Positions 26,781-45,388 of a DNA stretch of 64,000 nt are shown piece by piece. This DNA is from the human T2T-CHM13v2.0 reference genome, Homo sapiens. Both the position numbers and the translations under genes were made by a program. Each line of letters begins with the position of its first letter. The stretch's first letter is position 1. The DNA is taken from the NCBI RefSeq assembly GCF_009914755.1, contig NC_060925.1; one strand, written 5' to 3'. The notes beneath the pieces were generated by a model. That model worked only from the letters and a program-made list of their open reading frames with translations, had not been told where the DNA came from and made no database searches.

Positions 26781-27589
26781 AAACCCAAAAACATAAGGCA
26801 AGTCTTGAAGCTAGTTTTCACTTTGAAGACACTGATAGAACCTAGTGACCTTAAGCTACCTTTTTCTAGCCTCCCAGGATGCTGAATACCAGAATCAAAG
26901 AACCAATGCATATAATGTGCCAAATTAAATTGCAGAAACCACCCACATACACACGGTCTTAGCCCATTCTAAGGAAAATTGTCTGTCTCAAACCTAGGCA
27001 TTGAGTGAAAGAGATAAATATTTCTCTTGAGAAATCATAATCAGAAGGATGTCCCCACAATCTTTATGGCCTAAATGCACATTAGCTACATGGTCCAAAT
27101 ATCTGGTAGTGTCCTCAAGCATCTAGTAAGAGGAAACACAAATCCTCTCAGGAACTCACCTTCAACTGGCTTCAGTGAAATATGAACTCATCATCAAAAA
27201 AATCACAAAATAAGCAAGTTAATAAGGTACCATGAGTAAGAGCCAGCACAAATAACAGCAGAATACAACCCACAGGGATCTTGGATATTAAAATTAGCAA
27301 ACACGGAATATAAAATATATTGTTTGACATGTTTAAAAATATTTTTAAAAATTGGAAATATAAGTAAAAAGAGATTATTTTAAATGACCAGATTAGAAAA
27401 AGAACGAAAATAATTAATAGAAATGAAAAATAAAAAAATTAAAATTTAAACTCCGTAGATAAGGTTAGTAATGGATTAAATACAGATGAAGAGAGAAGTA
27501 GAGAACTGAATGACAGAGCACAGAAACTGTTCAGGGAAAAAAAAAGAGAGAAAAAAGATAGAAAATATAAAATTAAAAGTTAACAAGTA

Positions 27590-27892
<303 letters not shown>

Positions 27893-28492
27893 GTTAAGAG
27901 GTGAGGAAGATAGACTATCTAATGTACATGTAATCAGATTTCTGAAAAGAGACAGGGAATAGAGGAAAAGAGGAAATAATGGCTGAGAATTTTCCAAAGT
28001 TGCTTAAACAATAACCCACAGATTCAGGAAGACCAACAAATTTCAAGCAGTATAAATAAATAGGAAATCTGTAGGTAAGACACATTCTTGTGAAACTGCA
28101 GAATACCAAAGACAAAAAAAGATGTTTTTAGAAAAAAATAGGAAAGAAAGCAATCAAATTACCTTGAAAGGAACAAGAATTAGGCTGATAGCATATTCCT
28201 CAACTTCAGTAATGGAAGCCAGAAGATCATGAAACAAAATATTCAATGTGGTGACAGGAAAATAATTGCTGCACCAAAATTTCATATGCAGTGAAAGTAT
28301 CTTTCAAGAATACGAATGAGATAAAGACATTTTCTCATGAGAGAATGAGATAAACAAAAACTGAGAAAAAGATTAGAAACATCTTTTGAACAAACTTAAA
28401 GAAAATTCTACAAGATGTACTTCAGGCAAAAGGAAAATGTTTCCAGATGGACAGTCTGAGATGCAAGAAAAAATTATGAGCAAAGAAAGCAG

Positions 28493-29059
28493 TGAAGGAG
28501 ATCAGAACATGCCATCTCAGAATATACTGCATTGGCATATTGATTATTTTGAGCCAAAGGCAATTGAGAAACAACAGATGCAAGAAGAGCTCCCCGCCCT
28601 TGTCCTTTTTGCTTAAAAGCAAGGCATAAATTTTCCATGAGAAACGTGCCCTCCTGGTACCAGGAAGAAGAGAATATTCTTATCACCAGAGTTAAGGAGT
28701 CAATGCCAAGATGAATCTGCACAAATATACCTTAGTAAAATAACCCTTATCTTCCACTAGATTGCCCAGAGTTCCCATTTTCCCACAATTTTGCACTCTT
28801 AGGAACTCAAATCTCTTTCCTTTGTTGAGCCACTTCTCCACAATTTATTACTTTTGTTAAATTGGTATATAAGCCCCCAAGTCTAACTGCTTCTTTGGAA
28901 ATTTTCTCTTTGTTTTCTGTGAAACCCCTTTTGCCATGTAAATAATGACATTAAATAAAATGTGTATGCTTTCCTCCTGTTAATCTGTCTTTTATCAGCT
29001 TAATTCACCGATTCCAGCAGAACCTAAGAGAGTATAGTAAAAGTTTTTCCTCCTCTACA
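28493..29059 (+). mobile_element. MER34-family (ERV1) solo LTR
   Basis: tgaaggagatcagaacatgcc...gattattttgagc...ggcaattgagaaacaacag; internal TATA-like box and AATAAA; TG...CA termini. Confidence 0.75.
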
Positions 29060-30387
29060 GTGGTAAAAATGCAGTAAATATTACAATTTTATAAAACAGC
29101 AATAATAATATATTGATTGGTTAAAAATTGAAAAATGTAATTAAAGTTTAAGTCCACAACAACCTATAAGTGGAGAGGGGTGTTAAAGGAGCTAAAGCAT
29201 TCTAAGTTATCTATATTTTTTGAGAGAAACTTAAGGATGTTGATTAATCTTTGGCTTTGATAAGTTCTGCAAGTTAAAATTTCTAGGATACCCACTAACA
29301 AAATAAAAATAGAATATACGAAATAAAAATAGAATATAAAATATATTGTGTTTATTATTATTGCTAATAATAAAGTTTTAATAATAATCAATCCAGAAGT
29401 CAAGAAAGTAGAAGAAAGGAAACAGAAAAGGTGGGATATGTAGAAAACACAAAGTAAGATAGTAAATTTACAAACAAAAATATGAGTAATTATAACACAT
29501 GTAAAAAAACTAAATGCTCATTTAACGATGATGATATATCCTTTAAATGATGTATATGTACCATTTAAGTGATAAACATCTCTTAAATGATACACATCAT
29601 TTAAAGACTGTCAGATGTTTTTAAACTTTAAGGCAAATAGCATTAATAGCAATAAAATGTGCCATTTCATAATGATAAAAATTTAATTCACTAGGAAGAT
29701 ATAATTCTAAGCATGAATCTATCTAGTAACATTACATATATATGTGTATGTATATGTGTGTGCTTATATATACACACATATACATGTGTAGATGTGTATA
29801 TATACATATATAACTCAAAACATATAATTCAACAATAGAAATGCAAATAGTAAAATCAGTCAATCATCACAGTGGCAGATTTGAATGTACTTCTCTCAAT
29901 AACTGAAAAATTTAGCATAGCAAAAAATCCACAGAGGAGGTCTACAGAAAATAAATAAATAAATAAAAACAAAAGTAAGGATATAGATTTGAATGACACT
30001 ATTAACACACCTAAGCTAATGGACATATAAGGCTATAGAATATATATTGTTTTCAAGGGCCTATGAGCTTTTATAAAAATTGACCATATGCAGGGACACA
30101 AAGCAAGGTGTAGCAAATTTTAAAGGACGATATCATACAAATCAGATTTTCTGTCCACAGTGCAATTAAGCTAGAAATCAATAATTGACATAGAGTATAT
30201 ATTTGGAAATTAAGAAACACAATTCTAAGTAACTCGTAAGTTAAAAATAATAATAATAGAAATCAGAAAATATTTAAATCCAAATGATCCTGCATATCCA
30301 AACTTGTGAGATTCAGCTAATGTAGAGAGAAATCTATAGCATTTAAATGCTTGTATTAGAGCAGAAAAATGGCCGATGACTAATGAG

Positions 30388-31472
<1,085 letters not shown>

Positions 31473-31553
31473 TTAAAAAGTGAGAGGATATTATGCCACC
31501 AAACTTCAAACATAAACAGAATGGACAACTTTCTAGAAAAGTGTAACCTACTA

Positions 31554-31898
<345 letters not shown>

Positions 31899-34800
31899 TT
31901 AAAATTTAACTTAGTAGTTTAAGATCTTCTCACAAAGAGAACACCTAAGATGATTTTACAGGCACGCTCTGCCAAATATTAAAACATGCAAATAATTCCA
32001 GTTTTACACAAACTATTTCAGATTATAGCAAAGGAAAAGAAAAGATGCATCATTTTATGAAGCAAAAATAACCTTGGTGCAAAAATCCAAAAATGCACTG
32101 AAAAATAGGAAAATTACATGCAAATACACTCATTAACACAGATGTGAACATTCCTTTAGATATTAGTAAACCCAATCAAAACTAAATACCTTTAAACCAG
32201 CAACAAACAGTAAGTGTTCACAGCAGCACTGTCAATAATAAATAGTGGAAACAACCCAAATGTCTATCTAGAGTAACACAGATATTAGAAATTATGGTAT
32301 ATTAATGTAATAGAATATGTTTAGCTTTGAAAGTCAATAAATTGCAGCTACAAGCAATAACATGGATGAAGCACTGGAATATAATACTGAACAAAAAGAA
32401 GTCATGGGAGGAAGTGTAGTAAAATTCCATATGGATAAAGTTAAAAACACACAAAATGATTAAGCATATGTGATAAAGCTGTAAAGAAAAGCCAAACATA
32501 AAATCTAGTATGGAGCTTTCTCAAAGGAAAAAGAAGGCTATAGGATCAGGGAAAGACACATAAGAAATTTCAGAGGTAACGATAACGTTCTTTATACTCT
32601 ATACATACTTTACAAACATTCTTCTAAATCTACTCAATATTTAATTTTAAAAACTCAAAACAACTAATAGAGTAAACAATAGCTCCAAGCATGATTCCCT
32701 CCCGTATCACGTTCTCTAAGCTTGTTCATGGTATGGGAAGAATGAATGTGGCTCACTGTTCAATAACAACAGATGAGAATTTTATCCAAATTCTCCAGGA
32801 TATTTATATTTAAAAGAAATCCTGGGCTATATGCATGCCAAATAGAGTCCTTTCATAATGTTGATTATCTAACCACATATTAAAACAGCCATTGCATTTA
32901 CTATGTCATTCTAATAAGTATGTTTCAATTGTAATATATCCTGTCTATAAGTAAAAGAAGAAAAACAAACCCAAAACTTGAAAGCTATTCAGGCTTTGCC
33001 ACAGTTGATTATAGTAATATCAAAAACTGTCCAGTGATTTTGGAATCTACCCAATCTAAATAGCACGAACAAAACAATTTTTTTTTTTTGCTTAAATGAA
33101 CTTTAACTCTGCTTATGTAATTTTTTTAATGATTGTTCCAATTTGTCATCCTGAACTATCATAACCATACAATTTTTAGACCTTCATACCAAATAACTAT
33201 TTGGTTCATTGGAACTGAGGGAGATGGGGTGGAAGTCTGTGATTGCACTGAAAGAGCACCATGTTTGATGGGCCAAAAGAAGTATTTAAATGTAGTTCTT
33301 GGCAACACTGCTTTAGACAACAGTGAACCCAGGACTATATAACCCATATACTGCTGGGGAGAAACACTGAATGGCTAATAGAGAGCAGTTCTGTTTATTC
33401 TAGTCTGTGATGGAAACCTGTTCTTCTAGTTCCAACTCTTAAATTGCTTTGAGAGCTTCAAGTAATTTAAGTAAATCTGTTAAGTATAAATAATATAAAG
33501 GCATATTTTAGATGTACTATTTTTAAAGTATTCCAACCCATGCCCTCACAAGCAGTGCAATCTTCCTTTACAAATTAGAGTTTTTACTTAAATTGCATGA
33601 AATCATACATGGTTTGCATTTTAAACTACACTAAACCAGTAGAGAAGCTATGCTATCAAATATTTTATCTTCAGAGCACTTCTAAACTAAAAGATATAGT
33701 CATGGTTAGCCTGTGGACAAAATACCAAGTTAAACACAGATCATACAATTTATCGAGAAGCCAGATATACTCCAGGTCTCAGGTGATCTTAAGTGAATAG
33801 CTCTGGATTTGCTTCACTCTGGATCATGCAAACATATCATGCAAAGAATAGATTGATTTAATAGCAGCATGTTTAAAATGCCCAAGAGATGAGTCTTTTA
33901 GAAAGTAACACTGAGAAGACAACATGATATCTACAACTGAAACAGACGTCAAAGGCCAGGTATTGGGACAACTGGTTCTCAGCCACTAACTAGCTGTGAC
34001 CTATTTGAGCCTTATCATAATTAAACCCTGAGGGACTGGAATAGGTGACCATGAAAGTCCCTCCCAAATTTAGAGTTTCATGGACCAGGGGTGAGGGGAA
34101 GTTGGGGAGGGAAGGGAATGACTACTTCCTAAGTAAAAACCACATACTCACAAGGAGACAGAGAGAAATATTTCTAATTGTAGAGTACTAACTATGTGAG
34201 GCAAAGAGCACAGGCTAAACTCCAGAAGAGAATGTAGCTCAAGCAGAGAGAACACTTTTAAAGAATTTTGCTTGGGATATTCCTAGGAAAACAGGAAATT
34301 AATATCTACTTATTTATTAACAGTAACTAGCAAGCATTTTGCTTGCAGTGCATAGAGGGTTTTATGTATGCATTTCAACACATGTATACTATAGAATATT
34401 TTTATAAGTAAAAGCATTCAAAGATATGTTCATGACAATTGTATTCTTCCTTATCTATCTCTAAACATTATTAGTTTGTACTAAAGTGCCCAAAGGAGCC
34501 TAAGTAAAAGTTAGAATTTTCCAACTCATAGATATGTGCATGTCCATAAACATAAGCATGTGCCACAAAATTCAAAAGTATGTTTTCACATATTACAAAC
34601 TAAAATTCATTGTATATTTTCAGTTATAATTGATTGATCTCCACACTAGATGCATAGTCTCTCAAGTAATGAACTTGCTTCGTAGGTGACCAGGAAGCAA
34701 TAAGCTGGGGAAAATAGAGCTGAGATTTGCTGCTGAGTGTTGCACAGCAAGAAGATCATGTTCAAATAAACACACCAAAAAGGATTTGCTCTGTCTGATT

Positions 34801-36652
34801 TGAATTGTAAGGTCCTTTGTTGTTCTAAATTTCAATTTAATTCCACAACATTTATTGAACACCTAAAACTTGCAAGTATCAAAATCAAATCTAATAAAGG
34901 CATGGGATTTCTGGGGTAAGAGCTTAAGGCATGTAATACTGACAGAGTAACCAATTCCAACACATAATCACTGTTATAGCTCCACATTCCACCTGACTCA
35001 CTCCATACAAGCAATGTTGGATGTTACCATTGTCATAAGTGATTGAACTAGTCCAACTTGAAGCACTGATTTGCAGAGTGTCTTTATATTGTTGTGGTCT
35101 TTTCACCAAAATTCTATGGGCTTTTCTTTGATACTACCGTTTTCAACCCGTGTGCACACATGCTTCCCAGATAGTCTACTGTCCTCTCTTTCTTTGTGTT
35201 CATGACGATGTGAACACTGGCATCTGTTTAGTGGCAGTCCTGGCTGTCCTTCAAGCTAGCACAGCACTGTTGAACAAAACTTTGCCAGCATTACACCTCC
35301 TTTCCAGAATCACCATTCATCCAGTGATGGCTGCCTTCTAACATCCAGTTCCTCTGTTCCCCCAAATCCTTTAGTCTGAGTACCATGGGTTGATATTGAC
35401 AAATGCCTTCCCTCACTCTGGTGCAAGCTACTGCCATCTGTTGCCAGCCAAAGCTTTTTAAGTGGCCTCCTGGCCACCCACCATGCTACCCTCTCATCCA
35501 CTGCCTACACTGCAGCCATTGTGACCTTTCTGAAGTGAATATCTGATGAAGTTGCTCATTTACTTAAAATCCTAATGGCTTCCTATTGCTGTTATAATAG
35601 AGTCCAAGTTCCTAATATGCATCACAAAGCCCCTTATAGCATGGATCCTGCCCATCTTCCTCTCTCCTCTCTAAGCACCAGTCACACAAAATTCTTCCTG
35701 TTCCTTTAATGGTCCATACTCTATCTTACTTCCTGGCCCTCCCATATCCTATTCCTCCTCCAGGAACACTTTTTCTTCTTCCTGCACATTTACATGCCAA
35801 GAAATGATTATCCTGAGCTGGAAGAACAGACTTGCATCGATAATGATCATTATTCCATATCGCATGTGTTCAGCCCTCTGTATTGTCAGGAGCTTTAACT
35901 ATAACCCATAACTACAATCGTATTTTGCAAACTAAAGTTCTGAAGAATAGGATTGCATTTTGGACAACAGGACTGTCTCAGAACATCTTGGCTTTATATA
36001 AGTCTCAGTTTGTGGCAGCAGACATTCAGAACCACAGCCTTCCCTGATCAGAGACAAGGGATTACAGTGTGACTCCAAAAGGGACAGAGGACAGCAGCTA
36101 CTATTCTAGGATCATACTATACAGTTGGCTTGACATTTAGTCCAGTGAGGTGGAGTGGGATGTTTTACTAAGGATTAATCTTGTGGGATTTTCTTATGCC
36201 TGCCCAATGAAGAGGTGCCAAAACTAAATAAAAGCAAAACACCCATGAAAGTGCACATGTGAGCATGCACACACACACACACACACACACACAACCTTTA
36301 TTCTCCTTAGGATACAAAATAATCTTTGAGGCTCCTAAAGGCTGCTCTCTCTTTTGAAGGAGGGAGAAACATAGAGCTCTCTACTGGCCCTTACCTACCT
36401 TAGGAGCTAGCCTTACTGTTGGAGAACAGGGCATAATCAGGCCCTTCATCAGGGTTAAATAGGAAACGCCCACCCTATAAGGAAAAGCAGGACAAGGGGG
36501 TTCTAGATTCAGAATGAATGAACATGAAAATGTAGCCAAATTCAGACCCAACACTTCTGGCGCAAGTGGGCTAGGTTGTGGTGGAATTTGAGTGCTAGGA
36601 GACATGTCCTGGAACCCCAAGCGAGATCAACATGCCTAGCATCAGCTGCTAG

Positions 36653-37191
36653 CGTTACAGGAAAGGGGTCCCGATCCAGATCCCAAGAGAGGGTTCTTGG
36701 ATCTCGCGCAAGAAAGAATTCAGGGCGAGTGCACAGTGCAAAGGGAAAGCAAGTTTATTAAGGAATAAAAGAATGGCTGCTCCATAGACAGAGCAGCCCA
36801 GAGGGCTGCTGGTTGCCCATTTTTATGGTTATTTCTTGATGATATGCTAAACAAGGGGTGGATTATTTACGCCTCCCCTTTTTAGACCATGTAGGGTAAC
36901 TTCCTGACGTTGCCATGGTATTTGTAAACTGTCATGGCACTGGTGGGAGTGTAGCAGTGAGGATGACCAGAGGTCACTCTCATTGCAATTTTAGTTTTGG
37001 TGGGTTTGGGCTGGCTCCTTTACTGCAACCTGTTTTATTAACAAGGTGTTTATGACCTGCATTTTGTGCTGACCTATCTCATCCTGTGACTTAGAATGCC
37101 TTAACCATCTGGGAATGCAGCCCAGTAAGTTTCAGCCTCATTTCCAGCTCCTGTTTAAGATGGAGTTGCTCTGGTTCACACGCCTCTGATA
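36653..37191 (-). mobile_element. MER41A-like (ERV1) solo LTR, same orientation as NIBAN1
   Basis: Reverse complement starts tatcagaggcgtgtgaaccagagcaactccatctt and ends gggacccctttcctgtaacg; 539 bp; 4-bp TSD ctag (36649-36652, 37192-37195). Confidence 0.88.
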
Positions 37192-38814
37192 CTAGAATGC
37201 CTAGGACCCGGTTCTCAACAGAGAAGCACGGTGGCCTGAGAGTCAATGAAACAATGGCCACAGCAGGCTGACAGCCCTTCCTCATCTGCATGCGGGTAGA
37301 GGATAGCAGGCTCCCAGCAGCCACCTCAGGGTTTCTGGCCCTTATCCCAGCCCTAATTTTAACTATATTTCTTAACTTTTTGGGTAATTATGGGAAAAAG
37401 TGGTTAAGTGGCAGCTTGTGAAAGCCTGTTTCTGGTTTACTCAAAATAATACAATGAGTAACAGGCAGAGACTAGAACAGAAAATGTGACACAATAAAGA
37501 TGAGTGGTACATCATGCTGTCAAAAACAGAAAAAGAGGCGAGAAAAGAAAGGTCTGCTCCTTGGCCCATGATAGTCAAGGACTGTTCCCTACAATGTTAT
37601 CACAGCTTCTGGTTCTGACTGGAGCTACTGGAAGTTATGCCAAATTAAGTCCACATAAAGCCTCAGCGAGGATAAAACAGTTTCTGGGCAGAGGAATGTG
37701 ACACAGAACCAAGGAAATATGACTAGACCTCATTATCTTGGTGCCTTTGATAACATACTGGAGAGCAGAGTGGGGTTTTGAATGGGCTGAAATCTTCCAT
37801 AAATGGAGTCTAAATGCAGGCTACATAACATCCAAAAACTCCTCAGAGAAAGTCCTATTATGTACATGAAAGGGGGAATGCAGTAAGTCCCATTTGGCTG
37901 GGCAGGGAGCATTCTGCACTCAGTGAAACTTCGCAGTTCCTGTGCTGAGTGCCAACTGCATGTTCCTACTAGACCGAGGCCCTAAACACAGACGGGCAAG
38001 TGTAGTGGAAAATGAGCTAAAGGGTGCAGTCAGTGCTGGGCAATTTTTTGTCTCTAGAACATCAAAAACACAAGGCAAGATTTTAATAAGGGTATCATTT
38101 TTTTAAAAAAGTTCCTAACTAGTTATGATCCAGTATGATGATGAATGTTACTCAGGGTTGCTGTGGCAAAACAGACTGACCTTATCTTTTTCCGTGAGTC
38201 CCCATCAATACACAGCTAAAACCAAGAGTTAGTTGAGATGCATCACTAGTGACTCTCACTCTGTGGGACTGACACTCTCAGGGAAACCTCTGAATTTTAA
38301 AATAAGTATACAGTGAAATTAACCATATTAGGAAATAAAGGCACAATGGGTGAGGTGACTCAGCTCAAATGTCACCTGCTCATACAGGACTCCCCTGGAG
38401 AGCTGAAAGTTCGGCACTCCTTTCTTCACTAGTTAGTAACCTCTCGTTGCTCTTTAACCCATTAACTGTGATAACTTTCAAATGATAATTGGTGGGTGTT
38501 TATCCATCCTCCCTGTTTGAATTTCAACTCCCAGAGACAGGAACTCTGTATGCTTCATTACTCTCTTCCTAACACCTACGTAGAGGCTGGCACAGAGTAA
38601 GCCCTCAGTACTCTTAGACTGGCTGCCTTTCCAAGTGCCAAGAACAAAGAGCGCAGTTATCTGTAACTGAAGACTTTGTGGAGTCCAGAAAAACCAGCAT
38701 TCACCTCAGTATATCAAAAACATCACATATTGGAATGAGAAGTCTCTTTTACTATTGATGTCACATTGCTTAAGTCCATGCCTGGAGGCAAAGTGGCCTG
38801 AAGCAACACCACCC

Positions 38815-38992
38815 CAAGGGTGGTTCGCGAACCAGCAGCATCAGTGCCACTCGGCCGTGTGCTAGAAAAGCCAAGTCCAGGCCCCACGGTGTACCCAGTG
38901 AGTCAGAATATCTGGGGGTGAAGCCTAAGAATGTGTGTTTTAATTAAGTTCTCCTGGTGATTCTTATGAGCCCTAAAGTTTTAAGAAACACT
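38815..38992. mobile_element. MER5A-type MITE
   Basis: accagcagcatcag...gagtcagaatatctgggggtg...ggtgattcttatg...aagttttaagaaacactg. Confidence 0.7.
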
Positions 38993-39201
38993 GATCCAGA
39001 AACAAATACTAGATTACCACGGACCGTGCCACTCATCTTAACTGAGTAACTGTTATTCAGAAATAAAGGTGAAAATAAAAAGGAAATGTCAAAAAGACTA
39101 GCATTTGCCAGGGAAAACTGGCATGTTCTTGCTGGCATTTAGATTTTTTTAAATCAGGAAGAAGGAGAGTGAAGTATATGCAAAATGGTCTACATGAATA
39201 A

Positions 39202-39689
<488 letters not shown>

Positions 39690-39798
39690 TCATCTGTGGC
39701 TCTTTCTAAGAATCACTGCAATAGATGATGGACCAGAACAACTCAGCGAGGGCTGCCCCACTTCCCGCCCCGGGGATGAGAGGGGAGCCGCGCCATAC

Positions 39799-39966
39799 CA
39801 TGATTGAGATGCCTGACGCAGTCACTCAGGAGGGCACTAAACCTCTTCTGGTCAGCAGCCTCGTGGAAGCAGAAGTAGCCGTGTCTGAAGAAGGGCTGCC
39901 ACAGGTACACTGGGAATTCCTTGGGCAGGACCACAAAGGGCTGAGTGTTCTCCTTCTCACTGGAGG
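39799..39966 (-). CDS. NIBAN1: NIBAN1 coding exon 5, 168 nt, phase 1 to 1
   Basis: tttctttag|CC TCC AGT GAG ... AAT CAT G|gtatgg. Translation (A)SSEKENTQPFVVLPKEFPVYLWQPFFRHGYFCFHEAADQKRFSALLSDCVRHLNH(D); overlaps ORF 39743..39934. Confidence 0.96.
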
Positions 39967-40226
39967 CTAAAGAAATATTGAAAACACAAATACCTTTTAA
40001 AACATGTATCTTTTATTTCAAATGTGTGTTTCAGGTCGTGAGGGTGACTATCTGGGGCAGGCCATGGGATGGAAAGTTGGTGAGATATTTTCACAGGATA
40101 GGGAAACTGGGAGCACTGGCTCCTCTGGCATCCCTCCACCAGCTTCCCCTGTCCCACTGCGGTCTGCCTGGCCTCCTACCCAACATCACAGGGACAGTGA
40201 GGATACCAGGAACACAATTTTTTCTC

Positions 40227-40640
<414 letters not shown>

Positions 40641-42020
40641 TGGGCACAATCTTTCTCAACTTCCTTATGTCTAAAGACCCACAAACGGAGCTTCCTCTGC
40701 CCTCCTGCCCCTCTGCAGGCCACTGACAACCTGTGCACCCCCTCACTCTACTGGCCCTGCAGGCTCCAGCTCCAACAGGGCAGCTCTCTGCCCTGCACTC
40801 TCTCCCTCCTCCCTGTCACTGCCAAACACCACTTGCTGTTTTTATGCCATCAACCTTATTCTCACCTCAGTCTGATTCCTGTCCCCACCAGCTCCTGAAA
40901 CCCAACTGCTGAAGCCATTTATGTCATCCTGACTGCCAGCCTATGGCTGCTTCTTTTCATCTGACCTGGAATATTTGCTGCTGCTAACAACCCCTTCTTT
41001 TGAAAACATTATCTCCCCATGACTTCCAGGAGTGCCTCTCTCCTGGTTTCCTTCATGCTTTGTAGAATTTTGTTTCTTCTTTATCACCTTTATTGGTTCC
41101 TCTGCTGACTCTCTCCATCTCCTCGCTAAGCATCGGTGCCTGCCCTGTTCTGTGCTGGCTTCCCCTCCACTCTCAGTCTGTACCCTCCCAGGGTGTGTTC
41201 ACCCATTCCGTGACTTTTTATATTGTTCCTACAGTCCATAGAACCCTCTCTTCCCTCCTTTCCATCATGCTTTCCCATAAAAAAATTCTCATTCATCCTT
41301 CAAAAGTCAGTTCAAAAGCCACTCCTCTGGGATGCCTTTGCTGGCACATCCCACTGCCACCAGAGACAGAGTTAGGTGCTTCCTACCCTGTTCTCCCCAA
41401 ATACTGCAATGACCTGTTTTCATGCCCAGCGCCCACACTCAGGGTAGGGAGGCGGGGGAGGGGAATGAGATGGATTCCCGTGCTGTTCCCCTCCGCAAGG
41501 AGCAGAACCACTGCTACCCACTGTGAACGTCTAGAGATGCAGACTGCATCTTCCATAGCTTTGTATCCTTAGCCCACAGCACAGTCATGGAACATAGCAG
41601 ATGTTCAACTTCAGTTTGTTGAGTGAAAAATGTGCTTTGTTGGCCTAGGATATTTTTTTAAAGCCCTAGACAATGGGACTTTTACCTCTTCCCTCAAAAT
41701 CAATTCCAAGCAACTCATTTTAAACCGACTACTATTCAGAACCCCTACCTAAACTTTACTCCTTTCCATGCATTCCTATTACATGATATTGCACTTGGTT
41801 AAATGAGTTCCAACTTTTTCCAGAGTCACAGAAAATAAGCAGAAGAAAATGTTAGTTCTGTGCTTCCTGCATATGTATTAAGCACCAATCTCAGGGAAAG
41901 GTAAGGAAGAAGGTCTCTCTAAGAGGCCATTGAAAGCACTGGGAATACAAGGAAATGAATCATGACCACATGGGAGTCTACAGAACCGCATCAGTTCTGG
42001 CAAATTAATAAATCAGGATT

Positions 42021-42311
<291 letters not shown>

Positions 42312-42507
42312 CCGTATTGGTTTAAATAAAGAATAAATTTCTGGGGATATATGGGAGCCCTGTTCCAGTGTCCTGGAATCTGAAGGTAACAGAGGAGAAT
42401 GCACCACCAGCACAAGCCATGGCCCACCAGGACCTAGCACAATGCTGGGAATGAATCAACATGAAAACGAGCAAATGAATGAATGATTGAATGCTATAGA
42501 GACACCT

Positions 42508-43380
<873 letters not shown>

Positions 43381-44997
43381 TTATTCATAAGCCTCTAGTG
43401 CTTTTTCCAAGAAATGCACTTATTCATAAGCATCCCATCTTTATTATGCCTTTATTCTTTCTGGTAGAAATAATATCACAGAGTCAGTCTTCTTGACTGA
43501 CATGGTTCTATCAAACAATCCTCCTTGCCCTCTCCAAGAATGTCATAATTTTGTACAAGCAACCAAAAGCAACATTGATCCTTTGCATTTAAAAAGCCTC
43601 AACAAACCCATAAAATTCATTCCTTTTAGCCTCTAGTTATCTCTCAACCTTTTACAACAATTTTCCAGATGCCATCAGTGAATTTTTTCTGAGTTACAAG
43701 AATATCACAACTGATCTACTGTAGAATATTCTATTTTAAAAGTCAGAAGGTCACAACACACAATTTTAAAAAGTCATTAAAATGCCCCAATCTGAAGCCT
43801 TGGGCCAACTGGGATTAATCACACAGGACTTGTGTTTTTTAGTCCTTTTCATTCCCTCCAATATGATTACAGCAATAAATCAATAAACATATTGTCTCTT
43901 CTGGCTGATTTCATTGGAAAGTTTTAGAGAGATTTGGATGAGTCAACATGTTGGTATTCCCATTTCTAGCTGCAGCTCCACTGCCAAGGGCATATAAGTA
44001 GATGTAAAAGAAAATATAATAATATGCATAGTGCACATAAAGTGTTGTTTTAGCATGAATTACTTAGTAATAATTTGTTAATCTTAGTTTATGGTCCATG
44101 TACCAATCCTGTAATTGTGTTATTAAAAACACTATGTTAAGCACTCAGCACCGAAATAACAATTGATAAAATGATTATGTTTTTCTCCATAAATTCTAAT
44201 GAAATTATTATGTCCGTTAATAAGAACCAGGGCTCTCTTCAAGAACCAAGTAATTACTATGTAGTATGATTTATGCAAAGCCAAATGGAGTTATTACATT
44301 ATCCACACTTCATGAATCTCTATGAATTGCCTTATTTAGTCTATATATTATCCATCATTTCTCCACATGTAAAAAGTGGAATGAATGAGAATCAAAGAAG
44401 GTTAGACCTAGAAAGACCCTTCTAGGTTTTTAAGTTCAAAGCCCTGTTTTTGAGTTGGAGAAACAGAAACCAGAGCTGTTCAGCAGCCGGCTAAGCTAAA
44501 GCATTTGGTAAGTGGCACAGCCAGAACTAGATAAAAATCCAATCTCCCAATTATCTTTCCATGGCAGCATCCCAGCTTTATTTATAGATATGCAAATTAA
44601 TGCAATGCTTTTTTTTTTCACAGTAGCTATGAGTTACTGTAACACTTATTAAAAGGTTTTTTGTCTATTTAGGGTATTTAGTTGCATATCATCCTAAAAT
44701 TAGAAAAATAGTATTCCCTGACAGGTCCAGGCTTGCTTACTAGAAGATGGGATTGTATATTTCATGGACTGGGCCCTACCTGTTTATTTCTGCTGCCTTG
44801 TGGAGTGCTATCAAAGCCTGCAATATATTCCAAAAGCTTCAAGATACCTGGCTGACAGCACATTTTCCATGTGCTAGAAACACAGAGACTGACTGTGTAT
44901 TATTGAATGGGATTAGAAATAATGGAAGTGGTAAAATGTTTTCCTCAACTAGAGAAATCACATCTTCCACTTGTCTATGGGACATGAGTGACTAGCC

Positions 44998-45213
44998 CAG
45001 GGTTTCTCAACCTTGGCACTACTGATACTTTGTACCAGATAACTCTTCCTTGTTAGGGTCTGTCCTGTGCATGGTAGGATGTTTTGTAGCATCCCTGGCC
45101 TCTATTCACTAAATGCCATAGCACCCCGATTCCAATTGTGACAAACAAAAATGTCTCCAGATGCTGCCAAATGTCCCTGGAGGGAAATCCCTCTCCTTCA
45201 CAGAGAAACACTG
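44998..45213. mobile_element. MER20 (hAT) element
   Basis: cagggtttctcaaccttggcactactga...gcatccctggcctcta...gtgacaaacaaaaatgtctccaga...gagaaacactg. Confidence 0.88.
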
Positions 45214-45273
45214 CTCCAGCTAAACAAAGAAGCTTAGTCATTTTGCCTTGGAAAAGAATGATCAGCAACTCAC

Positions 45274-45388
45274 CAAGAGGGTCTGGGAAATGCCTGTCAG
45301 ACAACAGATTATATTCATCTTCTGAGGTTAACACCTTGCCACCGGCTGGAAGAATTCGACATTTAGGAGCAGCTCCTCTCTGATAGGC
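45274..45388 (-). CDS. NIBAN1: NIBAN1 coding exon 4, 115 nt, phase 0 to 1
   Basis: ttccctccccag|GCC TAT CAG ... CCT CTT G|gtgagt. Translation AYQRGAAPKCRILPAGGKVLTSEDEYNLLSDRHFPDPL; overlaps ORF 45053..45406. Confidence 0.96.

Noticed and set aside
29733-29812. Hairpin-like tgtatatgtgtgt...acacacatataca
   Set aside because: Self-complementarity is inherent to mixed TA/TG/CA microsatellites.
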